Virus record (IMG/VR): IMGVR_UViG_3300010376_000107
Location: 1 to 27,973 of that record
Strand: one strand, 5' to 3'
DNA: 27,973 bases
From: a virus
Taxonomy: Duplodnaviria; Caudoviricetes
Shown here: positions 1 to 8,032 of the stretch, piece by piece
How positions within the stretch are numbered: position 1 is the first letter of the stretch
Layout: the number at the start of each line of letters is the position of its first letter
Made by a program: the position numbers and the translations under genes
Notes under the pieces: model-generated
Seen by the model: only the letters and a program-made list of their open reading frames with translations
What the model was told of the DNA's origin: nothing
Database searches by the model: none

Positions 1-55
1 CGCCCGCGAAGGCGGCGAGGCCGGCGAGCGCGAGCAGGATCCGACGAGCGATCAC
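1..55 (-). CDS. 5' end of a gene running off the window, encoding a probable signal peptide (MIARRILLALAGLAAFAG...)
   Basis: GTG at 55-53 overlaps the TGA of the upstream gene (an in-frame ATG at 58 is an alternative start). Basic n-region followed by a hydrophobic h-region. Confidence 0.6.
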   Translation of the reverse strand, partial: MIARRILLALAGLAAFAG

Positions 56-366
56 CATTTCACCCCCGAAAACTTGTGGCCGGACGAGGTCGCGTTGACG
101 CTCGTGGCGGTGGTCTGCCCGACGATCGCGGTCCAGGTCTGCCCCGCCTCGAGGCGGAACGTCGAGCCGTTCCCGGCGAGCGTCGCCGGGTTGCCCGTCG
201 GGTCGACGTAGAGCGGCTCGGTGTTGGCGAGCCCCTGGTCGGCCGGCGCCACTGGGTTCTGGATGAAACCGCCGCCGATCCCGCCGGGGGTCGCGACGAT
301 CGCGTTGACGGGCGAGCCGCCCACCGCGACCGCCGTGGCGTCGGCCGGGACCGGAGTGACGGCCAT
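52..366 (-). CDS. 104-aa putative virion protein, paralogous to the N-terminal domain of 2616..3689
   Basis: ORF track. Shares DQG..EPLYVD..G..GQ..GQTT..SVNA..SGHxFS with that domain. Confidence 0.85.
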   Translation of the reverse strand: MAVTPVPADATAVAVGGSPVNAIVATPGGIGGGFIQNPVAPADQGLANTEPLYVDPTGNPATLAGNGSTFRLEAGQTWTAIVGQTTATSVNATSSGHKFSGVKW

Positions 367-367
367 C

Positions 368-1756
368 TCACGCCGCCTTTCTGGCGAAGCCGAGCGGAAA
401 ATTGTCGTTCGCGCCCATGATCTCGCGCCAGAACGCGCAACCGTTGGACGTGACGCTGGTCAGCGTACCGCCGTCTGGCCAGGTGCTGTTCCCCAGGGAA
501 GAACCCTTGACGGTGTAAGTCGGCGTGGCGGTGCCGGGGAAGTCGATCCACTGGGAAATCGCCGCCGGCACCCGCGGCGCCGCCGTCGCGGCGCTATCGT
601 TGATCGAGCGAGCGACCGGCCCGACCTGAGTCGTCCCGCGGAACATGGCGATCTGGGCGGTTTGACCGACGCCGCCCATGGCGATGCTTCCGCTCGCGGA
701 GAACTCAATCGCGTTCGCCGCGGAAGAAAGCGTCGGGGAGGTCGTCACCGGGGTCGAGGTATAGCTCCCGCTCGCGAGAGTGGTCGGCGACGTCGTGCAG
801 ACCTGGATAGCGGGCCCGACTTGAGTGCCAGGGCGCGCGACGCCGGGGCCGAAAAGTTGTACGAAATTCGGCGTCGTCCAATTTCCGGCGGTCGTCAGCG
901 TCGTGTACTCGACGTAACCGATATAACGAACGGCGACCCCAGACAGCGACGAGGCGTTGCAGAAGATCGACTGCGTGGCCGACCCGCCGCCCGTGCCGGC
1001 CCCGCTCGACTGAAGCGTTCCTTCGTTGACCGCGAGGATGGGGGTGCTCCCCGAGGCGGACGCGGCGTTGTAGGCGCACACCTGAACCGTGCCGGCGTTG
1101 TCCGCGGCGAGGAGCCACAGCCGGCACGGGCTTGCGGAGACGCAACCCATCGTGTTGCCGCCGCTGATCGTGAACGAGGCCGCCGAGGTGACCGTGCGCC
1201 AGACGACACCGCCGTTCGCGGAGGTCGCGTTGCGAAACGGCACGTAGATCGGGGAGAGCGCGCTCGGGTTTCCGCCGGTCTGCCCGGAGAGCATCGAGCA
1301 GGTCAGCGCGTTCGAGACGGCGGTGCAGGACAGCGAGAGGTTGATCGGCGACGAGAAACCGTTCTGCGCCTGGACCGTCCCCAGGTTGAGGTTCGGCCCG
1401 GTCAGCTCGAACACCGTGCCGTCGAACGTGAACTCGTTGATCTGACCGGTGACGATCTCGCCGCCCGAGAGCGCCGCGAGGCCGGCCGTCGTCGGCTTGC
1501 TTACCGTCGTCGCGACGAGGCTGTTCACCTGCAGGGTGACGGGGCCGCTCGCGTTGGTCGACGACATGAGCACGCGCAGCGGCACGCCCTTCAGGTCCGC
1601 GAGCTGGCTCACGTTCGGCACGATGACCTGGATCGCGGTCCCCGACCCGGTGGAGGAGGCCACGTAGGTTTGCGGCGCGTCGAACTGCGCCGCGGCCGGG
1701 ACGACCGCGGCGAGGAGGACGGCGAGGAGGGCGAGGGCGCGGGTGATCCTGGTCAC
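368..1756 (-). CDS. Tail fibre / receptor-binding-like protein with N-terminal signal peptide (462 aa)
   Basis: Start re-called to GTG at 1756, which overlaps the upstream stop (GTGA). Begins MTRITRALALLAVLLAAVVPAAA|QFD. S/T/G-rich beta sequence with a fibre-type segment (TNASGPVTLQVNSL...LSGGEIVTGQINEFTFDGTVFEL). Lies in the fibre position of the module. Confidence 0.8.
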   Translation of the reverse strand: MTRITRALALLAVLLAAVVPAAAQFDAPQTYVASSTGSGTAIQVIVPNVSQLADLKGVPLRVLMSSTNASGPVTLQVNSLVATTVSKPTTAGLAALSGGEIVTGQINEFTFDGTVFELTGPNLNLGTVQAQNGFSSPINLSLSCTAVSNALTCSMLSGQTGGNPSALSPIYVPFRNATSANGGVVWRTVTSAASFTISGGNTMGCVSASPCRLWLLAADNAGTVQVCAYNAASASGSTPILAVNEGTLQSSGAGTGGGSATQSIFCNASSLSGVAVRYIGYVEYTTLTTAGNWTTPNFVQLFGPGVARPGTQVGPAIQVCTTSPTTLASGSYTSTPVTTSPTLSSAANAIEFSASGSIAMGGVGQTAQIAMFRGTTQVGPVARSINDSAATAAPRVPAAISQWIDFPGTATPTYTVKGSSLGNSTWPDGGTLTSVTSNGCAFWREIMGANDNFPLGFARKAA

Positions 1757-2385
1757 TGCTTGAAGCTCCACGTGTTGGCGGCCGCGACCCATTGCAGGAT
1801 CGCGACCTGACCGTTGACGCTCAGGGTGGCGTTGCCGGGCAGGCCGGCGATGCTCTGTCCCGCGTTCGGGACGACCGTGATCGGGAACTGCTGGAAGTTG
1901 CGCGCGCCGTCCGAGAGCGTGACGACCTGGCCGTTCGCGGGCCCCGGGGGCAACGTCACCTGCGTGGCGGCAGGCGCCACGGTGCGGACGAACATCACGG
2001 CGCCGTCGCTGTTGCTCAGGATGATCGGCGTCGAGGTCGTGACCTGACGAGCCGGGAAAGCCTGCCCCTGCTGGAGGAACGACGACGAGGTGCCGGCGGT
2101 CATCTGGTGGGCGAAGATGTCGCCCGCGAGGTAGCTCTGGGCGGTCGTCCCCTCCTGGCCGCGGACCATGGTGGTCACGTTGTCGCCCGAGATGGCGGTG
2201 ACGAGCACGATCTCCTTGATGAGCCCCGTCGCGGCGTCGATCAGGGTCGCGAGGAACCCCTGGCCCGGGATCGGGTTCGGGAATTTCACCCCCGTGCCGG
2301 CGGCGAGCGCGCAGTTCGTCTGGGTCGAGTTGATCGCGCCGGCGAGCGTCGACGAGGCGTCGTTCGTGAACAGGAGGATCGTCAT
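1753..2385 (-). CDS. Proximal tail fibre / baseplate-anchoring protein (210 aa)
   Basis: N-terminal LFTNDASSTLAGAI...EIVLVTAISGD..TMVRGQEGTTA is typical of fibre N-termini. C-terminal VTLPPGPANGQVVTLSD...PITVVPN..QSI resembles a fibre repeat. Follows the baseplate wedge genes. Confidence 0.8.
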   Translation of the reverse strand: MTILLFTNDASSTLAGAINSTQTNCALAAGTGVKFPNPIPGQGFLATLIDAATGLIKEIVLVTAISGDNVTTMVRGQEGTTAQSYLAGDIFAHQMTAGTSSSFLQQGQAFPARQVTTSTPIILSNSDGAVMFVRTVAPAATQVTLPPGPANGQVVTLSDGARNFQQFPITVVPNAGQSIAGLPGNATLSVNGQVAILQWVAAANTWSFKQ

Positions 2386-2597
2386 CGCCTGCCAAGCCCC
2401 TTCTGCAGCGCCTCGATAGACGCCGAGTCCCCGCGCCTACAGGCGTCCATGTACCCCGAGATCGGGTCGGCCGCCGAATCGACCCCACCGATGGTGCCCT
2501 TGTTCTTGCTCGCGTAAAAGACCCTCTCGCCTTCTTTGGCGCCGTACTCGCGCTCCATGGCGCCCTTGATCTTCTCGCCTTTCGCCGTCAGCGGCAT
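2382..2597 (-). CDS. Small basic phage protein (71 aa, MPLTAKGEKIKGAM...FYASKNKG)
   Basis: GGAGG RBS; stop overlaps the next start (ATGA). The N-terminal ~40 aa resemble a small conserved phage hypothetical domain. Confidence 0.8.
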   Translation of the reverse strand: MPLTAKGEKIKGAMEREYGAKEGERVFYASKNKGTIGGVDSAADPISGYMDACRRGDSASIEALQKGLGRR

Positions 2598-2615
2598 CGG
2601 GACCTCCCCCGGGGG

Positions 2616-3689
2616 TTAGATCGTCACGACCACGTTCGAGAATTGGAACGGGAGCTGGAGCGCGCCCGACTGGAGAGCCTCCTGCAGGATCGCCGCGTTC
2701 GGCAGCGGGGTCAGCGCCTGCGTCGTGACCGCGGCCTGGTTGAACACGCGGCTGTTGAAGGTCCATGTGTCGTACACCATGCTCTTGCCGAGCTTGCCGA
2801 CCTTGTTGACCAGCGTGATGTTGACCTGGTTGGCGACCCCGAAGGTGATGCTCACCTGGTAGGTCTGGTCGACGTTCGGCGCGGCGCCGTTCGCCCCGTT
2901 GATGAAGCGCATGATTCGCCGCTTCAAAAACGCGATGTTGAACACGCGCCCGTCGCCCTTCCAGAAATTCCACGTGATGATGCGCTTGAAGATGTCGTCG
3001 GTCGTGACGGTCACGTTCTGCGCGCCGACCACCTTGTCGCCGTCGAAGGGGATCGAGTTGAAGGTCCACGTGTTGTAGGGGCCGACGTTGCGGTTGCGCC
3101 CGCTCGAGAGCGACGGCCGGACGATCCCGTACAAGCCCTGCGCGACCCAGTCGAGGAGCGGCCCGGAGATCGAGGCGTCGGTGTAGATCGGCAGGGGCGT
3201 GTCGTTGAGCCAGTCGAGGTATTCCTGCGCGATCTGATTGTAGCTCGCCACGAACGCCTGCAGGTCGTCGTCGTCCTGGTACTGCTGATAGAGGTACGAC
3301 GGGATGATTTCGAGGACGGTCGTCTGCTCGGCCGGCGGGAACGGCCCGGGCTGCGGCGTCGGCGGAAATTGCGTCGGCGGCTGCAGGACGATCGCGCTGA
3401 ACTGGTGGCCCGAGGTCCTCGCGTTGACGCTCACGTTCGTCGTCTGCCCCGCCGGCACGACGAACCACTGCCCGGGCTGGACCTCGTAGGTGGTCGCCGT
3501 CTCGGCGAGCGCCGCCGGCCCGACGAGGTCGACGTAGAGCGGCTCGACCGGGCTCACGCCCTGGTCGGCGACGTTCGACGGGTTGACGATCAGGCCGCCC
3601 GCGACGCCGCCGAAGATGGCGACGACGGGCGAGCCCCCGGTGGTCACCACCGTGACGGCCGCGCGGTACGGGACTATCGGCGCGGTCAT
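2616..3689 (-). CDS. Baseplate wedge protein (DUF2612/gpI-like) with an extra N-terminal domain
   Basis: Immediately downstream of baseplate J. Motifs YLYQQYQDDDDLQAFV, LLDWVAQGLYGIVRP and TDDIFKRIITWNFWKGDG. Confidence 0.8.
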   Translation of the reverse strand: MTAPIVPYRAAVTVVTTGGSPVVAIFGGVAGGLIVNPSNVADQGVSPVEPLYVDLVGPAALAETATTYEVQPGQWFVVPAGQTTNVSVNARTSGHQFSAIVLQPPTQFPPTPQPGPFPPAEQTTVLEIIPSYLYQQYQDDDDLQAFVASYNQIAQEYLDWLNDTPLPIYTDASISGPLLDWVAQGLYGIVRPSLSSGRNRNVGPYNTWTFNSIPFDGDKVVGAQNVTVTTDDIFKRIITWNFWKGDGRVFNIAFLKRRIMRFINGANGAAPNVDQTYQVSITFGVANQVNITLVNKVGKLGKSMVYDTWTFNSRVFNQAAVTTQALTPLPNAAILQEALQSGALQLPFQFSNVVVTI

Positions 3690-3693
3690 CCGC

Positions 3694-5112
3694 TCACCCC
3701 TGCGTGATCGTGACGCCGGCCGAGGTCGCGAAGAAATACGACTCAGGGTCGCCCGCGATGACGCCCGTGCCGGCGCTCGGCGGCGTCGATATCCCGTTGA
3801 TGCTGACCGCGAACACCATGCGGGTGAGCAGCTGCGCCGGGATCACGCTCTCGATCGACTGCTGGAAAACGGATTGGAGCTCGAACAGGTTGATCGGCTG
3901 GCCGACCGCGATCGAGTTGACGTAGTCGACCAGGGCCGGCGCGCCGAGCTGCGAGACGGCGGCGGCGCTCACGAAGTTGGTGGCGATCGTGTTCCAGGTG
4001 ACCGAGACGGTCACCGTCTGCTGCGGCGGGCTCACGAAGCGCACCGCGTACGTGTCCGGGTAATTGTTGATGTTCACCGTCACGTTGCGCAGGACCGGCG
4101 AGAGCGTGCCGCCGCCGGTGTAGGCGCCCGAGCTGGTCGTGTTGGTCCCGGTGGTGAAAGTCTTCTGCCCGGTGACGGTGATCGTGAGCGGCACGCCGTT
4201 GATGCCGCTGATCCCGGTCGCCCCGGTGATCGTCGCGACCTGCCCGGTCGCGTAGTTGTGGTTCTTGTCGGTCGTGACGACGCCCGGGTTCGCGTTGGTG
4301 ATGGACACCACGTTGAGCGTCGACCCGACGAGGTTGTTGATGTCGAACAGCGCTTCGAAGATCGCGAGCGCGACCTGGTACTGGTCGCCGCCGCCGACGA
4401 GGACCTCCCAGAACCCGCCGCTCTGCTGCTGCACCGAAACGAGGCGCGGCTGGACGCCCGGCACCCGGGCGAGCGCGGTCTTCAGGTTCGTCGTCATGCC
4501 CTGGGAGATCGCGAGGCCCGCCTGCAGCACGCTCGCGCGGTAGTCGGCCGGGTCCTGCGGGCCGGTCGCGGGCGTGCCCGAGGTCGGGTTGTTCACCGAG
4601 AGGGTGATCCCCGTCGGTACCGACGTGACGAGCTGCTGAACGGTGCCCGACGGGATCGCCCAGGCGCCCGAGAGGACCGCGATCGCGAGCACGGGCAGGC
4701 TCGAGCCGCCCGCGCCGATGATCGCCGGCGCCTGCGTCACGTACTGGTAGGTGCCGTCCGAGACGACGAAGCCCTGCGAGACGGTGAACCCGACCGAGCC
4801 GCTGAACACCACGGGCACGCTCGTGTTCGTCGCCTGCCCCTGGGGGACACCGTAGATGTTGCCGAGCTGGACGAGGAGGAACTCGTTCGCGCCGAACGGG
4901 GTGAGCGAGTTGACGAGCTCCACCTTGGCGGCGTCGATGAGCGCGAGCGCCCCCACGTCGGTCGACGAGATGTCCTCGACGAGCGAGCCGGGGAGGTTCG
5001 CCGTGTAGCCGGGGTTCGTCGCCGCCACGTTGGCGAGCAGCGCGGCCAGCAGGGTGGCCGGCGGGGTCGGCTGGAGGCCCGCGGCCGTCACGACGGTCGG
5101 GATCTGTGTCAT
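3694..5112 (-). CDS. Baseplate J/gp47-like protein (472 aa)
   Basis: Start re-called to ATG 5112 (ATGA overlap). Motifs LPGSLVEDISST, LGNIYGVPQG.ATNTSV.VVFSG, DYRASVLQAG and VGGGDQYQVALAIF. Confidence 0.88.
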   Translation of the reverse strand: MTQIPTVVTAAGLQPTPPATLLAALLANVAATNPGYTANLPGSLVEDISSTDVGALALIDAAKVELVNSLTPFGANEFLLVQLGNIYGVPQGQATNTSVPVVFSGSVGFTVSQGFVVSDGTYQYVTQAPAIIGAGGSSLPVLAIAVLSGAWAIPSGTVQQLVTSVPTGITLSVNNPTSGTPATGPQDPADYRASVLQAGLAISQGMTTNLKTALARVPGVQPRLVSVQQQSGGFWEVLVGGGDQYQVALAIFEALFDINNLVGSTLNVVSITNANPGVVTTDKNHNYATGQVATITGATGISGINGVPLTITVTGQKTFTTGTNTTSSGAYTGGGTLSPVLRNVTVNINNYPDTYAVRFVSPPQQTVTVSVTWNTIATNFVSAAAVSQLGAPALVDYVNSIAVGQPINLFELQSVFQQSIESVIPAQLLTRMVFAVSINGISTPPSAGTGVIAGDPESYFFATSAGVTITQG

Positions 5113-5486
5113 GCCGGGACGCTCGTCGCGATTTTCACGCCCTGGTGGGTCGTGACGTTGATCTTGTAGGTCGGGACCTGCGAGCTTTCGCGCGCGACCA
5201 CGAGGTTGGCGAAGCGCGAGGCGAACTGCTGCTGCGTGCGCGCGACGTAGTAGTCGGGCGCGATCTGCTGCGCGACGGACTGGCGCGCCGGGATGCCGTA
5301 GTTCGCCCAGAACGGCGACTCGCCCAGGCCGAGCTTGAGGCACTGCAGCAGCGTGGTGAGCCACACGTAGTCGTCGAACCCGTTGGCGTCGGTCGACACC
5401 TGCGCCCACTGCGGGAATCCCGCCGGCTGGGGAACGCGGCGCGAGCCGTCCGGGTTGAGGGCGAAGATGCGGCCGTAGGTCCTCAC
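5109..5486 (-). CDS. Baseplate wedge / sheath initiator (gp25/gp46-like, 125 aa)
   Basis: Lies between spike and J genes. LKLGLGESPFWANYGIP motif; size fits. Confidence 0.72.
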   Translation of the reverse strand: MRTYGRIFALNPDGSRRVPQPAGFPQWAQVSTDANGFDDYVWLTTLLQCLKLGLGESPFWANYGIPARQSVAQQIAPDYYVARTQQQFASRFANLVVARESSQVPTYKINVTTHQGVKIATSVPA

Positions 5487-5491
5487 CTCGG

Positions 5492-6196
5492 TCAGCTCCC
5501 CGGCGTCGGCGGGCTCGTCGTGCCACCGCCGCTCTGCGGGTGGGTGTGGGTCTGGAGGCCGACCTGGTCGGCGCCGCCGACGCCCGCGATGACGTTGCCC
5601 GAGGTCTGGATCGCGCCGCCGTACGTCCCGCCAGCCAGCGCCTGGATGGTCCCGCCGAGGAAGATGCTTCCGGTCACCGCGAGGTCCCCCGTGATCGCGA
5701 CCCTATCGCCCGCCTGGAGTGTTACCACGATTCCCCCCGCGGTCAGCGTCACCTTCGTCTTGCTGTTCGTGTCGCGCAGGATCACGCCGTCGGGCCCGTA
5801 GATCACGACCGCGTTCGGGTCGTCGGGCGCCGTCCACGCCTTGCTCGCGACCGGCACGAACACGAGCGCCGAGAGGTTGCCGGGCATCGTGAGGTCGGCC
5901 GTGCCGTGGCCGAGGCCGTCGATGCCCCCGAGGTCGGCGTCGGCCGGGACCACCACGCCGGTGTCGCCGACCTGGATCGGGATCCTGAGGTACTGCCACA
6001 TGAGCGCCGGGATGGTGACCTTCGGGAGCGTGAACCGACTCTGGACCTCGAACTTGACGGTCACGATCGAGCCGCTCACCGCCGTGACGCTCGCCGGCAG
6101 CGCCTTGCCGAGCAGCTGGATGGCGTCGAGGGCCTTGCGCTGCGCGAACAGGTTCGTCGAGCGGACGAACGGGAGTTTCTGTGCATTGTCTGCCAC
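5492..6196 (-). CDS. Baseplate central spike (gpV/gp45/Gp138-like, 234 aa)
   Basis: OB-fold-like N-terminus (RIPIQVGDTGVV), beta-helix-like Gly/Thr repeats, and a C-terminal THTH metal-binding tip motif. Confidence 0.85.
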   Translation of the reverse strand: MADNAQKLPFVRSTNLFAQRKALDAIQLLGKALPASVTAVSGSIVTVKFEVQSRFTLPKVTIPALMWQYLRIPIQVGDTGVVVPADADLGGIDGLGHGTADLTMPGNLSALVFVPVASKAWTAPDDPNAVVIYGPDGVILRDTNSKTKVTLTAGGIVVTLQAGDRVAITGDLAVTGSIFLGGTIQALAGGTYGGAIQTSGNVIAGVGGADQVGLQTHTHPQSGGGTTSPPTPGS

Positions 6197-6199
6197 GGC

Positions 6200-7207
6200 T
6201 CAATCCCCCTGACCCACGCCGCCGTTCTGCGCCGCGTCGATGATCGTGCACCACGAAGCCGCGTCGGGCTGGCGCGAGCTCCCCACGTGACGGAGCTGGA
6301 TGATGGTGAACGTCCCCTGGAACGCGCTCGAGGAGCGGAACTGCGGGAACGACTCGGCCGTCACCGTCGCCTGCGCCGGCGGGAGCGTGATCTGACCGCC
6401 CACCTGCAGGTCGCCGCGCATGACGACCTTGGCCTGGACGGTCTGCAGGCCGAGCCACGTCGGCTGACCGATCAGGTCGGTGAAGGCGATCGCGGTCGGC
6501 CCCGCTCCGCCGCCGCTCGACTGCGAGCCGTCGTACACGCTGATCGTCGTCCCCGACACGGTCACGTTGACGCCGATGTAGGTCGGCGAGTTGTTCAGCT
6601 TCTGGCTCAGGTCCTTGATGTAGGAGGCGTACTGCCCCATCGTCTCGTAGTAGCCGACGTCGTCGCGCGGCAGCGAGAGGTTCGCGCCGATGTTCACGTT
6701 GACGGTGTAATTCGGGAAGGCGGTCCGCAGCGCCTGCTGCACCGCGTTCGACAGCGGCGTCCCCTGTTTCCAGTTGTGCACGATGTTCGCGACCTGCCCG
6801 CCGGGCGGCGCACCCTGGCCGACCTGCTGCCCGCTCGCGCCCCCCGGGGTGCCGAACGGCGGCGCGATGATGAGGTCGAGAGTCTGGTCGGTGCCGATCC
6901 AGTTGGCGAACGCCGGGAAGATCGTGCCCTGCACGAGGAGGCCCGCCTGCGCGGGGTTCGCGAGCGGCAGGCCGCGCGCCATGCCGCCGAACACCTTCAC
7001 ACTCTTGTTGTTGAGGTCCTTGGTCTGCGCGACCTGTTGCAGCGGGACGCCCCACACTCGCACCCAGGCGGCGCCGACCGGCGTGGCGTAGGGCGCGACG
7101 GGAACGTCCATCTCGACCTGCAGGGCGGCGGGGTTCGTCGAGCCGTCGTCGTTGAGGCTCGTGAACACCGTGCCGCCGTCGTCGATGTCGATCTTGTAGT
7201 AGCGCAC
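6200..7207 (-). CDS. Baseplate hub protein (335 aa)
   Basis: Position upstream of the spike. Motifs GGMARGLPLANPAQAGLL, DLIGQPTW and RHVGSSRQPD. Confidence 0.8.
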   Translation of the reverse strand: MRYYKIDIDDGGTVFTSLNDDGSTNPAALQVEMDVPVAPYATPVGAAWVRVWGVPLQQVAQTKDLNNKSVKVFGGMARGLPLANPAQAGLLVQGTIFPAFANWIGTDQTLDLIIAPPFGTPGGASGQQVGQGAPPGGQVANIVHNWKQGTPLSNAVQQALRTAFPNYTVNVNIGANLSLPRDDVGYYETMGQYASYIKDLSQKLNNSPTYIGVNVTVSGTTISVYDGSQSSGGGAGPTAIAFTDLIGQPTWLGLQTVQAKVVMRGDLQVGGQITLPPAQATVTAESFPQFRSSSAFQGTFTIIQLRHVGSSRQPDAASWCTIIDAAQNGGVGQGD

Positions 7208-7208
7208 G

Positions 7209-7550
7209 TCACCACACCCTGCGCATCGCGGCGATCGCGTCGTCGAGCTGCTCGTCGGTCGGGGGCGAGCCCCGCCGCCTCCGGGGCGGGAGGCGCGCGA
7301 TCTTGGTCGGCTGCTTGCCGTTGCGAGGAAGCTCCGGCGGCTCGGCCGCCGGCACGAGGTGCCGCGGCATCTGCCGGCGGAACTTCCACGCGAGCCGCTC
7401 CAGGCACAGCGCCTGGCGCCCGCTGATCGGCTTGCCCGGCGCCTTGTCGGCGCGCTCGCCCATGTCGCTGGCGAATTTCTTCTCCCAGGTGCCCGGGAGG
7501 AACGAGCACTCGCTCAGAGCGCGCGCGACCTCTCGCTCGTGCCGCGTCAC
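7209..7550 (-). CDS. Hypothetical basic protein inserted in the baseplate cluster (113 aa)
   Basis: GTG 7550 overlaps the upstream TGA, and the ORF fills the gap exactly. Sequence begins MTRHEREVARALSECSFLPGTWEKKFASDM. Confidence 0.65.
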   Translation of the reverse strand: MTRHEREVARALSECSFLPGTWEKKFASDMGERADKAPGKPISGRQALCLERLAWKFRRQMPRHLVPAAEPPELPRNGKQPTKIARLPPRRRRGSPPTDEQLDDAIAAMRRVW

Positions 7551-8032
7551 GGGTTCACCTCGAACTGGCCGTCGCGGAAAGCGAGCGTCGAGGTCTGGAA
7601 GTACCCGGCCGCGAGGTTCACCGTGTAGGCGGCCTGCCCCACCGTCGTCGCCTGCCCCGGGTCGGACGAGAGAGGGTACGTGAACGTGATCGGGTCGATC
7701 ACGAAGGCGTCGACCGCCCCGTTGTAGGCGTCGGGCGCGCACCCGCTCACCGTCAACGCCACCGTGGCGTTTAGGTCGAGCTTGTGCGGCGCCGAGGCGA
7801 CCGCCGTGACGAGGCCGTTCGCCCAGGTGATCTCCTGCAGCACGATCCCGGCCGGCGAGGCGATCAGCGGCAGCGTGAACACCGGCACGCCCGCGACGGT
7901 CGCGAGGTTGAGGTACCAGCGCGCGCCGAAAACGTTCCACGTGACCGACGCCGAGTACTGCGCGCCGTCGAGCGTCGGCAGGAACGTGACGGGCCCCTGG
8001 GGCGTCGGGTTGAAGGGGAAGAACGTCGTCAC
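7547..8032 (-). CDS. Small baseplate protein with an inserted beta module (161 aa)
   Basis: Start re-called to GTG 8032 (GTGA overlap). Begins MTTFFPFNPTPQGPVTFLPTLDGAQYSASVTWNVFGARWYLNL. Confidence 0.78.
   Translation of the reverse strand: MTTFFPFNPTPQGPVTFLPTLDGAQYSASVTWNVFGARWYLNLATVAGVPVFTLPLIASPAGIVLQEITWANGLVTAVASAPHKLDLNATVALTVSGCAPDAYNGAVDAFVIDPITFTYPLSSDPGQATTVGQAAYTVNLAAGYFQTSTLAFRDGQFEVNP

Noticed and set aside
368-2488. 706-aa version of the fibre ORF, and similarly extended starts for 3694..5526, 13139..14575, 13900..15189 and 22680..23576
   Set aside because: The extensions overlap upstream genes in another frame and read as shadow sequence. Coupled downstream starts fit better.
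201-3546. Diversity-generating retroelement or invertible fibre cassette suggested by the 20-bp repeat
   Set aside because: The repeat is short, direct and explained by protein paralogy. No reverse transcriptase, invertase or adenine-specific mismatch pattern is visible.
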